Positions 6,598 through 17,800 of a stretch of 64,000 bases of DNA are shown here, in pieces (positions within the stretch are counted from its first letter, which is position 1; each line of letters starts with the position of its first letter). The position numbers were made by a program, and so were the translations under genes. The notes under the pieces were generated by a model. It was not told where the DNA came from and searched no databases. It saw only the letters and a list, made by a program, of their open reading frames with translations. This DNA is from Auanema rhodensis (lineage: Eukaryota > Animalia > Nematoda), in the NCBI GenBank assembly GCA_964057225.1, contig OZ059895.1, positions 4,588,001 to 4,652,000 of the forward strand. The letters run 5' to 3'.

Positions 6598-8627
6598 ATG
6601 GAGTATCGGGGAGAAAAGGGCGTGAGCGAGGATACTTCTGATAGACGGGGAACGTCCTTGGTTCGAAGATCCTCCAGGATCTTTCTTAACGATCGATCTA
6701 TTCTTAGAATCTGAGGGAAGGCATTGGGATCATTTACGTTCGTAATTCCTTTAAGCCGTAGGTGGAAGTGCAGTTCACGGTTTCTGAAGGAGAGGTTAGG
6801 TGCTACCAGAGACGCAAAGTTCAATTTTCTCATTAGCGAGGCTAATGCTCTTATACTCAGCTCTGATTGAGCTGTTAAACGAGTGAGAGACTCGAGCAAA
6901 CCGTTTTTCTTGGCCTTTGGGAGAGACCAGCTCATCGATCTTGAATTCAGCTGAATACCAAGAAATTCTATTTCTTGTGTGGGTATCATAATTGATTTAT
7001 CCCAGTTTATCGTAAAACCCGCGCGATCAAAAGTAATTAGAATCTCTGTTAGTTGGGACCTGAGACAATCAGGATCCTCCGAGATGAACAGCCAGTCATC
7101 TAAGTAGTTGATGAGATTGATCCCTTTACCCCGAAAATGGGATACCAGAACACGCATTAGCTTATGGAATATGTAGGGGGCTGAGCTCAGCCCAAAAGGG
7201 AGTGCTCTAAATAGGAAAGTGCGCCCCTCTGCTGTGAAAGCTAGGAAGGGTTGATCCTTCGGATCGATACTAATCGCGTGGTAGGCTGAATGGAAATCGA
7301 TTTTGATCATGAAATTATCCCGTCGTAGGAGCGACGGGATGTCCCGAAGGGATTCTAGCTTGAACTTGGGTACTCGGAGAAAAGTGTTCAGGCGCTTTAA
7401 ATTGAGGATGAAACGGGCCGTGCCGTCCGCCTTGGGAACGTGGAAGGTCGGGGATATGAAAACCTTCTCCCTCGGGGCGGCCTCTCGAATGGCGCCAGTG
7501 TACAGCAGTTCCTGGATATCCGACCTGGGTTGCTCCGGCAAGGTAGAGCAGATGGGTGGCAGCGATAAAGGTGGAGGTGTGCGGGCAAAGGGGAGACTAT
7601 AGCCCTGAACCGCGTTAAGGATCTCCTTGTCCCTGGAGATGGACGCCCAAAAGGTTGTGGTGGAGGATACCCGGCATGCGAAAGGAAAAGTGACTAACCT
7701 CTTTCTCTGGTTAGTAGCGAACGTTGAGAAGGTAGCTTGTCTCTTGGGGGCTGAGCGTGGCCGTTGGGCATCATTCCTGCGAGGAGTTGTTCTGGAGCTT
7801 CTGGACAGTTCGGAGTACGACGATAGTTCTGCTCTGAGCTTCTTGCCAAACAGTTCGGGTGCCGAATCCTCTGGAGCGTTGTCTACCGGGATCACGGTTC
7901 CATAGATGGGGGACTTCTTGAAGCTAGGCATGGCTCGGTAGGGTTGAGAGATCTTCATCTTGGTTAGAGCACACTCTCGCAAGTTGGTGCAGTGGGTCTT
8001 GATGTTAGCGCTGAGGAAGCGCTCCACTATGGCAAAGTATGCCTCCTGTTTTGTTGACAGACGAGAGTCCCTATCTATCCTGCCCAGCTTGCGAATTATC
8101 TTGATGTTAGAAAGAACGATTAGATCATTCTCGTATGCCGTGCGTATCTCAGCTTCGGACAGACGGATAGTGGGCTTGATGTTATTGTCCACGTGAGTAG
8201 TGTAGCGGTCGTCCAAGACCGGTAGTCGAGCGAACGGTGAGTCGATATTTGGGAGTTCCGAGATGAGCTCAGCTCTCTCGGTCGAGGACATGAGCAGTCC
8301 CGAGGCGAGTCTCTCGAAATCAGCAGTCTCGGAGGAAAATAGGCGAACGAGTGGCCTAGATCTGGGTCCGTGTGCCTCCGGTGGCATGGGGACCGTTTCG
8401 TCTTCGTCGTCCTCTGAATAGAGGTCCTCTTTCTCGGGCTGGTCCGAGTTCGGAGGTGGTGGGGAAGGAGCTTCTACCCTTCTCCTCTCGACGTGTTGAC
8501 GGTCGGTGGAGATAGACGTTGGAGATGTTGAGCGTGACGATCTCGAAGAAGAAGAGCTGAAGGCTCGTACTCTTCTCGGAGAAGTTTCAGTCGGGGCTTG
8601 TCCCTGACGAGTGTGGCTTGGAGCCAT
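6534..8627 (-). CDS. DIRS-like gag/reverse transcriptase ORF, truncated at 6598 (last 20 aa are read-through into the Maverick end)
   Basis: RT motifs FHVPKADG..RFILNLKRLN, KIDFHSAYHAI, LPFGLSSAPYIF, NYLDDWL, INWDKS..P.Q.IEFLG. The Ser/Arg/Pro-rich then helical N-terminal ~310 aa is gag-like. Confidence 0.9.
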   Translation of the reverse strand: MAPSHTRQGQAPTETSPRRVRAFSSSSSRSSRSTSPTSISTDRQHVERRRVEAPSPPPPNSDQPEKEDLYSEDDEDETVPMPPEAHGPRSRPLVRLFSSETADFERLASGLLMSSTERAELISELPNIDSPFARLPVLDDRYTTHVDNNIKPTIRLSEAEIRTAYENDLIVLSNIKIIRKLGRIDRDSRLSTKQEAYFAIVERFLSANIKTHCTNLRECALTKMKISQPYRAMPSFKKSPIYGTVIPVDNAPEDSAPELFGKKLRAELSSYSELSRSSRTTPRRNDAQRPRSAPKRQATFSTFATNQRKRLVTFPFACRVSSTTTFWASISRDKEILNAVQGYSLPFARTPPPLSLPPICSTLPEQPRSDIQELLYTGAIREAAPREKVFISPTFHVPKADGTARFILNLKRLNTFLRVPKFKLESLRDIPSLLRRDNFMIKIDFHSAYHAISIDPKDQPFLAFTAEGRTFLFRALPFGLSSAPYIFHKLMRVLVSHFRGKGINLINYLDDWLFISEDPDCLRSQLTEILITFDRAGFTINWDKSIMIPTQEIEFLGIQLNSRSMSWSLPKAKKNGLLESLTRLTAQSELSIRALASLMRKLNFASLVAPNLSFRNRELHFHLRLKGITNVNDPNAFPQILRIDRSLRKILEDLRTKDVPRLSEVSSLTPFSPRYSIVESHAEFTNHAPKQLLKTYF

Positions 8628-8805
8628 GGACGATCGTATGTGAGGCTCAACGAAAAAACTGAAATGAATAAGGACGATCGCTTACTCTCACTGTTTCCCG
8701 CCCAAAGAAACGTGGGAAAGGGAACCTGAGAGATAATTTGAATTTTTTTTTTTTGTTTGTTTTATGTGAGGACCTATTACGAAATAAAGCATTTCGAATA
8801 AATAT
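6598..8805 (-). mobile_element. DIRS/PAT-type (tyrosine-recombinase class) retrotransposon, 5' half, interrupted by the Maverick
   Basis: Abrupt shift to higher GC. DIRS-type RT preceded by the R.....W..I..D..IL..V.GY.LPF...PP motif. RNase H and tyrosine recombinase are absent from the window. The other boundary is the satellite junction at 8805/8806. Confidence 0.85.
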
Positions 8806-11800
8806 AATCCGCATCGAATGCACTATACTTCATTGAGAAACGCTTAATACAAAAATTAGTTATGATCGTTTGAAAAATGATGCATTAGTGTATGTTGAGT
8901 TTCCATGTACACTCAACATTGCTTCCAAAAACATTTTGACAAAACTTTTTTCGAAAAATTTAAAAATAATTTAGCAAAAAGTAGATGTTTTTAGATTCCT
9001 TTTTTCAAGGCAAAGACGATGGACAATGTTTTTAAACGAAAAAATTAATTCTTCAGTGTGAAAATCGAGGATATAAGTGTGAACTTATATCAGTTGATAT
9101 CTCGGTGCATTTTCAAGCTAGCGCAAATCTGATAACACAGATCGACGCAGCTTAAAAATCCGCATCGAATGCACTATACTTCATTGAGAAACGCTTAATA
9201 CAAAAATTAGTTATGATCGTTTGAAAAATGATGCATTAGTGTATGTTGAGTTTCCATGTACACTCAACATTGCTTCCAAAAACATTTTGACAAAAATTTT
9301 TTCGAAAAATTTCAAAATAATATAGCGAAAAGTAGATGTTTTTAGATTCCTTTTTTCAAGGCAAAGACGATGGACAATGTTATTCAACGAAAAAATTAAT
9401 TCTTCAGGGTGAAAATCGAGGATATATGTGTGAACTTATATCAGTTGATATCTCGGTGCATTTTCAAGCTAGCGCAAATCTGATAACACAGATCGACGCA
9501 GCTTAAAAATCCGCATCGAATGCACTATACTTCATTGAGAAACGCTTAATACAAAAATTAGTTATGATCGTTTGAAAAATGATGCATTAGTGTATGTTGA
9601 GTTTCCATGTACACTCAACATTGCTTCCAAAAACATTTTGACAAAACTTTTTTCGAAAAATTTAAAAATAATTTAGCAAAAAGTAGATGTTTTTAGATTC
9701 CTTTTTTCAAGGCAAAGACGATGGACAATGTTTTTAAACGAAAAAATTAATTCTTCAGTGTGAAAATCGAGGATATAAGTGTGAACTTATATCAGTTGAT
9801 ATCTCGGTGCATTTTCAAGCTAGCGCAAATCTGATAACACAGATCGACGCAGCTTAAAAATCCGCATCGAATGCACTATACTTCATTGAGAAACGCTTAA
9901 TACAAAAATTAGTTATGATCGTTTGAAAAATGATGCATTAGTGTATGTTGAGTTTCCATGTACACTCAACATTGCTTCCAAAAACATTTTGACAAAAATT
10001 TTTTCGAAAAATTTCAAAATAATATAGCGAAAAGTAGATGTTTTTAGATTCCTTTTTTCAAGGCAAAGACGATGGACAATGTTATTCAACGAAAAAATTA
10101 ATTCTTCAGGGTGAAAATCGAGGATATATGTGTGAACTTATATCAGTTGATATCTCGGTGCATTTTCAAGCTAGCGCAAATCTGATAACACAGATCGACG
10201 CAGCTTAAAAATCCGCATCGAATGCATTATACTTCATTGAGAAACGCTTAATACAAAAATTAGTTATGATCGTTTGAAAAATGATGCATTAGTGTATGTT
10301 GAGTTTCCATGTACACTCAACATTGCTTCCAAAAACATTTTGACAAAAATTTTTTCGAAAAATTTCGAAATAATTTAGCAAAAAGTAGATGTTTTTAGAT
10401 TCCTTTTTTCAAGGCAAAGATGATGGACAATGTTATTCAACGAAAAAATCAATTCTTCAGGGTGAAAATCGAGGATATAAGTGTGAACTTATATCAGTTG
10501 ATATCTCGGTGCATTTTCAAGCTAGCGCAAATCTGATAACACAGATCGACGCAGCTTAAAAATCCGCATCGAATGCACTATACTTCATTGAGAAACGCTT
10601 AATACAAAAATTAGTTATGATCGTTTGAAAAATGATGCATTAGTGTATGTTGAGTTTCCATGTACACTCAACATTGCTTCCAAAAACATTTTGACAAAAA
10701 TTTTTTCGAAAAATTTCAAAATAATATAGCAAAAAGTAGATGTTTTTAGATTCCTTTTTTCAAGGCAAAGACGATGGACAATGTTATTCAACGAAAAAAT
10801 TAATTCTTCAGGGTGAAAATCGAGGATATATGTGTGAACTTATATCAGTTGATATCTCGGTGCATTTTCAAGCTAGCGCAAATCTGATAACACAGATCGA
10901 CGCAGCTTAAAAATCCGCATCGAATGCACTATACTTCATTGAGAAACGCTTAATACAAAAATTAGTTATGATCGTTTGAAAAATGATGCATTAGTGTATG
11001 TTGAGTTTCCATGTACACTCAACATTGCTTCCAAAAACATTTTGACAAAAATTTTTTCGAAAAATTTCGAAATAATTTAGCAAAAAGTAGATGTTTTTAG
11101 ATTCCTTTTTTCAAGGCAAAGATGATGGACAATGTTATTCAACGAAAAAATCAATTCTTCAGGGTGAAAATCGAGGATATAAGTGTGAACTTATATCAGT
11201 TGATATCTCGGTGCATTTTTAAGCTAGCGCAAATCTGATAACACAGATCGACGCAGCTTAAAAATCCGCATCGAATGCACTATACTACATTAAGAAACGC
11301 TTAATACAAAAATTAGTTATGATCGTTTGAAAAATGATGCATTAGTGTATGTTGAGTTTCCATGTACACTCAACATTGCTTCCAAAAACATTTTGACAAC
11401 AATTTTTTCGAAAAATTTCAAAATAATTTAGCAAAAAGTAGATGTTTTTAGATTCCTTTTTTCAAGGCAAAGATGATGGACAATGTTATTCAACGAAAAA
11501 ATCAATTCTTCAGGGTGAAAATCGAGGATATAAGTGTGAACTTATATCAGTTGATATCTCGGTGCATTTTCAAGCTAGCGCAAATCTGATAACACAGATC
11601 GACGCAGCTTAAAAATCCGCATCGAATGCACTATACTTCATTGAGAAACGCTTAATACAATAATTAGTTATGATCGTTTGAAAAATGATGCATTAGTGTA
11701 TGTTGAGTTTCCATGTACACTCAACATTGCTTCCAAAAACATTTTGACAAAAATTTTTTCGAAAAATTTCAAAATAATTTAGCAAAAAGTAGATGTTTTT

Positions 11801-14800
11801 AGATTCCTTTTTTCAAGGCAAAGACGATGGACAATGTTATTAAACGAAAAAATTAATTCTTCAGTGTGAAAATCGAGGATATAAGTGTGAACTTATATCA
11901 GTTGATATCTCGGTGCATTTTCAAGCTAGCGCAAATCTGATAACACAGATCGACGCAGCTTAAAAATCCGCATCGAATGCACTATACTTCATTGAGAAAC
12001 GCTTAATACAAAAATTAGTTATGATCGTTTGAAAAATGATGCATTAGTGTATGTTGAGTTTCCATGTACACTCAACATTGCTTCCAAAAACATTTTGACA
12101 AAAATTTTTTCGAAAAATTTCAAAATAATTTAGCAAAAAGTAGATGTTTTTAGATTCCTTTTTTCAAGGCAAAGACGATGGACAATGTTTTTAAACGAAA
12201 AAATTAATTCTTCAGTGTGAAAATCGAGGATATAAGTGTGAACTTATATCAGTTGATATCTCGGTGCATTTTCAAGCTAGCGCAAATCTGATAACACAGA
12301 TCGACGCAGCTTAAAAATCCGCATCGAATGCACTATACTTCATTGAGAAACGCTTAATACAAAAATTAGTTATGATCGTTTGAAAAATGATGCATTAGTG
12401 TATGTTGAGTTTCCATGTACACTCAACATTGCTTCCAAAAACATTTTGACAAAAATTTTTTCGAAAAATTTCGAAATAATTTAGCAAAAAGTAGATGTTT
12501 TTAGATTCCTTTTTTCAAGGCAAAGATGATGGACAATGTTATTCAACGAAAAAATCAATTCTTCAGGGTGAAAATCGAGGATATAAGTGTGAACTTATAT
12601 CAGTTGATATCTCGGTGCATTTTTAAGCTAGCGCAAATCTGATAACACAGATCGACGCAGCTTAAAAATCCACATCGAATGCACTATACTACATTAAGAA
12701 ACGCTTAATACAAAAATTAGTTATGATCGTTTGAAAAATGATGCATTAGTGTATGTTGAGTTTCCATGTACACTCAACATTGCTTCCAAAAACATTTTGA
12801 CAACAATTTTTTCGAAAAATTTCAAAATAATTTAGCAAAAAGTAGATGTTTTTAGATTCCTTTTTTCAAGGCAAAGATGATGGACAATGTTATTCAACGA
12901 AAAAATCAATTCTTCAGGGTGAAAATCGAGGATATAAGTGTGAACTTATATCAGTTGATATCTCGGTGCATTTTCAAGCTAGCGCAAATCTGATAACACA
13001 GATCGACGCAGCTTAAAAATCCGCATCGAATGCACTATACTTCATTGAGAAACGCTTAATACAAAAATTAGTTATGATCGTTTGAAAAATGATGCATTAG
13101 TGTATGTTGAGTTTCCATGTACACTCAACATTGCTTCCAAAAACATTTTGACAAAAATTTTTTCGAAAAATTTCAAAATAATTTAGCAAAAAGTAGATGT
13201 TTTTAGATTCCTTTTTTCAAGGCAAAGACGATGGACAATGTTATTAAACGAAAAAATTAATTCTTCAGTGTGAAAATCGAGGATATAAGTGTGAACTTAT
13301 ATCAGTTGATATCTCGGTGCATTTTCAAGCTAGCGCAAATCTGATAACACAGATCGACGCAGCTTAAAAATCCGCATCGAATGCACTATACTTCATTGAG
13401 AAACGCTTTATACAAAAATTAGTTATGATCGTTTGAAAAATGATGCATTAGTGTATGTTGAGTTTCCATGTACACTCAACATTGCTTCCAAAAACATTTT
13501 GACAAAAATTTTTTCGAAAAATTTCAAAATAATTTAGCAAAAAGTAGATGTTTTTAGATTCCTTTTTTCAAGGCAAAGACGATGGACAATGTTTTTAAAC
13601 GAAAAAATTAATTCTTCAGTGTGAAAATCGAGGATATAAGTGTGAACTTATATCAGTTGATATCTCGGTGCATTTTCAAGCTAGCGCAAATCTGATAACA
13701 CAGATCGACGCAGCTTGAAAATCCGCATCGAATGCACTATACTTCATTGAGAAACGCTTAATACAAAAATTAGTTATGATCGTTTGAAAAATGATGCATT
13801 AGTGTATGTTGAGTTTCCATGTACACTCAACATTGCTTCCAAAAACATTTTGACAAAAATTTTTTCGAAAAATTTCAAAATAATTTAGCAAAAAGTAGAT
13901 GTTTTTAGATTCCTTTTTTCAAGGCAAAGACGATGGACAATGTTATTAAACGAAAAAATTAATTCTTCAGTGTGAAAATCGAGGATATAAGTGTGAACTT
14001 ATATCAGTTGATATCTCGGTGCATTTTCAAGCTAGCGCAAATCTGATAACACAGATCGACGCAGCTTAAAAATCCGCATCGAATGCACTATACTACACTG
14101 AGAAACGCTTAATACAAAAATTAGTTATGATCGTTTGAAAAATGATGCATTAGTGTATGTTGAGTTTCCATGTACACTCAACATTGCTTCCAAAAACATT
14201 TTGACAAAAATTTTTTCGAAAAATTTCGAAATAATTTAGCAAAAAGTAGATGTTTTTAGATTCCTTTTTTCAAGGCAAAGATGATGGACAATGTTATTCA
14301 ACGAAAAAATCAATTCTTCAGGGTGAAAATCGAGGATATAAGTGTGAACTTATATCAGTTGATATCTCGGTGCATTTTTAAGCTAGCGCAAATCTGATAA
14401 CACAGATCGACGCAGCTTAAAAATCCACATCGAATGCACTATACTACATTAAGAAACGCTTAATACAAAAATTAGTTATGATCGTTTGAAAAATGATGCA
14501 TTAGTGTATGTTGAGTTTCCATGTACACTCAACATTGCTTCCAAAAACATTTTGACAACAATTTTTTCGAAAAATTTCAAAATAATTTAGCAAAAAGTAG
14601 ATGTTTTTAGATTCCTTTTTTCAAGGCAAAGATGATGGACAATGTTATTCAACGAAAAAATCAATTCTTCAGGGTGAAAATCGAGGATATAAGTGTGAAC
14701 TTATATCAGTTGATATCTCGGTGCATTTTCAAGCTAGCGCAAATCTGATAACACAGATCGACGCAGCTTAAAAATCCGCATCGAATGCACTATACTTCAT

Positions 14801-17800
14801 TGAGAAACGCTTAATACAAAAATTAGTTATGATCGTTTGAAAAATGATGCATTAGTGTATGTTGAGTTTCCATGTACACTCAACATTGCTTCCAAAAACA
14901 TTTTGACAAAAATTTTTTCGAAAAATTTCAAAATAATTTAGCAAAAAGTAGATGTTTTTAGATTCCTTTTTTCAAGGCAAAGACGATGGACAATGTTATT
15001 AAACGAAAAAATTAATTCTTCAGTGTGAAAATCGAGGATATAAGTGTGAACTTATATCAGTTGATATCTCGGTGCATTTTCAAGCTAGCGCAAATCTGAT
15101 AACACAGATCGACGCAGCTTAAAAATCCGCATCGAATGCACTATACTTCATTGAGAAACGCTTTATACAAAAATTAGTTATGATCGTTTGAAAAATGATG
15201 CATTAGTGTATGTTGAGTTTCCATGTACACTCAACATTGCTTCCAAAAACATTTTGAAAAAAATTTTTTCGAAAAATTTCAAAATAATTTAGCAAAAAGT
15301 AGATGTTTTTAGATTCCTTTTTTCAAGGCAAAGACGATGGACAATGTTTTTAAACGAAAAAATTAATTCTTCAGTGTGAAAATCGAGGATATAAGTGTGA
15401 ACTTATATCAGTTGATATCTCGGTGCATTTTCAAGCTAGCGCAAATCTGATAACACAGATCGACGCAGCTTGAAAATCCGCATCGAATGCACTATACTTC
15501 ATTGAGAAACGCTTAATACAAAAATTAGTTATGATCGTTTGAAAAATGATGCATTAGTGTATGTTGAGTTTCCATGTACACTCAACATTGCTTCCAAAAA
15601 CATTTTGACAAAAATTTTTTCGAAAAATTTCAAAATAATTTAGCAAAAAGTAGATGTTTTTAGATTCCTTTTTTCAAGGCAAAGACGATGGACAATGTTA
15701 TTAAACGAAAAAATTAATTCTTCAGTGTGAAAATCGAGGATATAAGTGTGAACTTATATCAGTTGATATCTCGGTGCATTTTCAAGCTAGCGCAAATCTG
15801 ATAACACAGATCGACGCAGCTTAAAAATCCGCATCGAATGCACTATACTACACTGAGAAACGCTTAATACAAAAATTAGTTATGATCGTTTGAAAAATGA
15901 TGCATTAGTGTATGTTGAGTTTCCATGTACACTCAACATTGCTTCCAAAAACATTTTGACAAAAATTTGTTCGAAAAATTTCAAAATAATTTAGCAAAAA
16001 GTAGATGTTTTTAGATTCCTTTTTTCAAGGCAAAGACGATGGACAATGTTATTCAACGAAAAAATTAATTCTTCAGGGTGAAAATCGAGGATATAAGTGT
16101 GAACTTATATCAGTTGATATCTCGGTGCATTTTCAAGCTAGCGCAAATCTGATAACACAGATCGACGCAGCTTAAAAATCCGCATCGAATGCATTATACT
16201 TCATTGAGAAACGCTTAATACAAAAATTAGTTATGATCGTTTGAAAAATGATGCATTAGTGTATGTTGAGTTTCCATGTACACTCAACATTGCTTCCAAA
16301 AACATTTTGACAAAAATTTTTTCGAAAAATTTCAAAATAATTTAGCAAAAAGTAGATGTTTTTAGATTCCTTTTTTCAAGGCAAAGACGATGGACAATGT
16401 TTTTAAACGAAAAAATTAATTCTTCAGTGTGAAAATCGAGGATATAAGTGTGAACTTATATCAGTTGATATCTCGGTGCATTTTCAAGCTAGCGCAAATC
16501 TGATAACACAGATCGACGCAGCTTAAAAATCCGCATCGAATGCACTATACTTCATTGAGAAACGCTTAATACAAAAATTAGTTATGATCGTTTGAAAAAT
16601 GATGGATTAGTGTATGTTGAGTTTCCATGTACACTCAACATTGCTTCCAAAAACATTTTGACAACAATTTTTTCAAAAAATTTCAAAATAATTTAGCAAA
16701 AAGTAGATGTTTTTAGATTCCTTTTTTCAAGGCAAAGATGATGGACAATGTTATTCAACGAAAAAATTAATTCTTCAGGGTGAAAATCGAGGATATAAGT
16801 GTGAACATATATCAGTTGATATCTCGGTGCATTTTCAAGCTAGCGCAAATCTGATAACACAGATCGACGCAGCTTAAAAATCCGCATCGAATGCACTATA
16901 CTTCATTGAGAAACGCTTAATACAAAAATTAGTTATGATCGTTTGAAAAATGATGCATTAGTGTATGTTGAGTTTCCATGTACACTCAACATTGCTTCCA
17001 AAAACATTTTGACAAAAATTTTTTCGAAAAATTTCAAAATAATTTAGCAAAAAGTAGATGTTTTTAGATTCCTTTTTTCAAGGCAAAGACGATGGACAAT
17101 GTTATTAAACGAAAAAATTAATTCTTCAGTGTGAAAATCGAGGATATAAGTGTGAACTTATATCAGTTGATATCTCGGTGCATTTTCAAGCTAGCGCAAA
17201 TCTGATAACACAGATCGACGCAGCTTAAAAATCCGCATCGAATGCACTATACTTCATTGAGAAACGCTTAATACAAAAATTAGTTATGATCGTTTGAAAA
17301 ATGATGCATTAGTGTATGTTGAGTTTCCATGTACACTCAACATTGCTTCCAAAAACATTTTGACAAAAATTTTTTCGAAAAATTTCAAAATAATTTAGCA
17401 AAAAGTAGATGTTTTTAGATTCCTTTTTTCAAGGCAAAGACGATGGACAATGTTTTTAAACGAAAAAATTAATTCTTCAGTGTGAAAATCGAGGATATAA
17501 GTGTGAACTTATATCAGTTGATATCTCGGTGCATTTTCAAGCTAGCGCAAATCTGATAACACAGATCGACGCAGCTTAAAAATCCGCATCGAATGCACTA
17601 TACTTCATTGAGAAACGCTTAAAACAAAAATTAGTTATGATCGTTTGAAAAATGATGCATTAGTGTATGTTGAGTTTCCATGTACACTCAACATTGCTTC
17701 CAAAAACATTTTGACAAAAATTTTTTCGAAAAATTTCAAAATAATTTAGCAAAAAGTAGATGTTTTTAGATTCCTTTTTTCAAGGCAAAGACGATGGACA

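Noticed and set aside
7303-8196. Short ORFs overlapping the RT (7303..7602, 7397..7588, 7627..7905, 7960..8196) as a DIRS tyrosine recombinase
   Set aside because: No R..H-x-x-R..Y recombinase motifs. These are shadow ORFs of GC-richer coding DNA.
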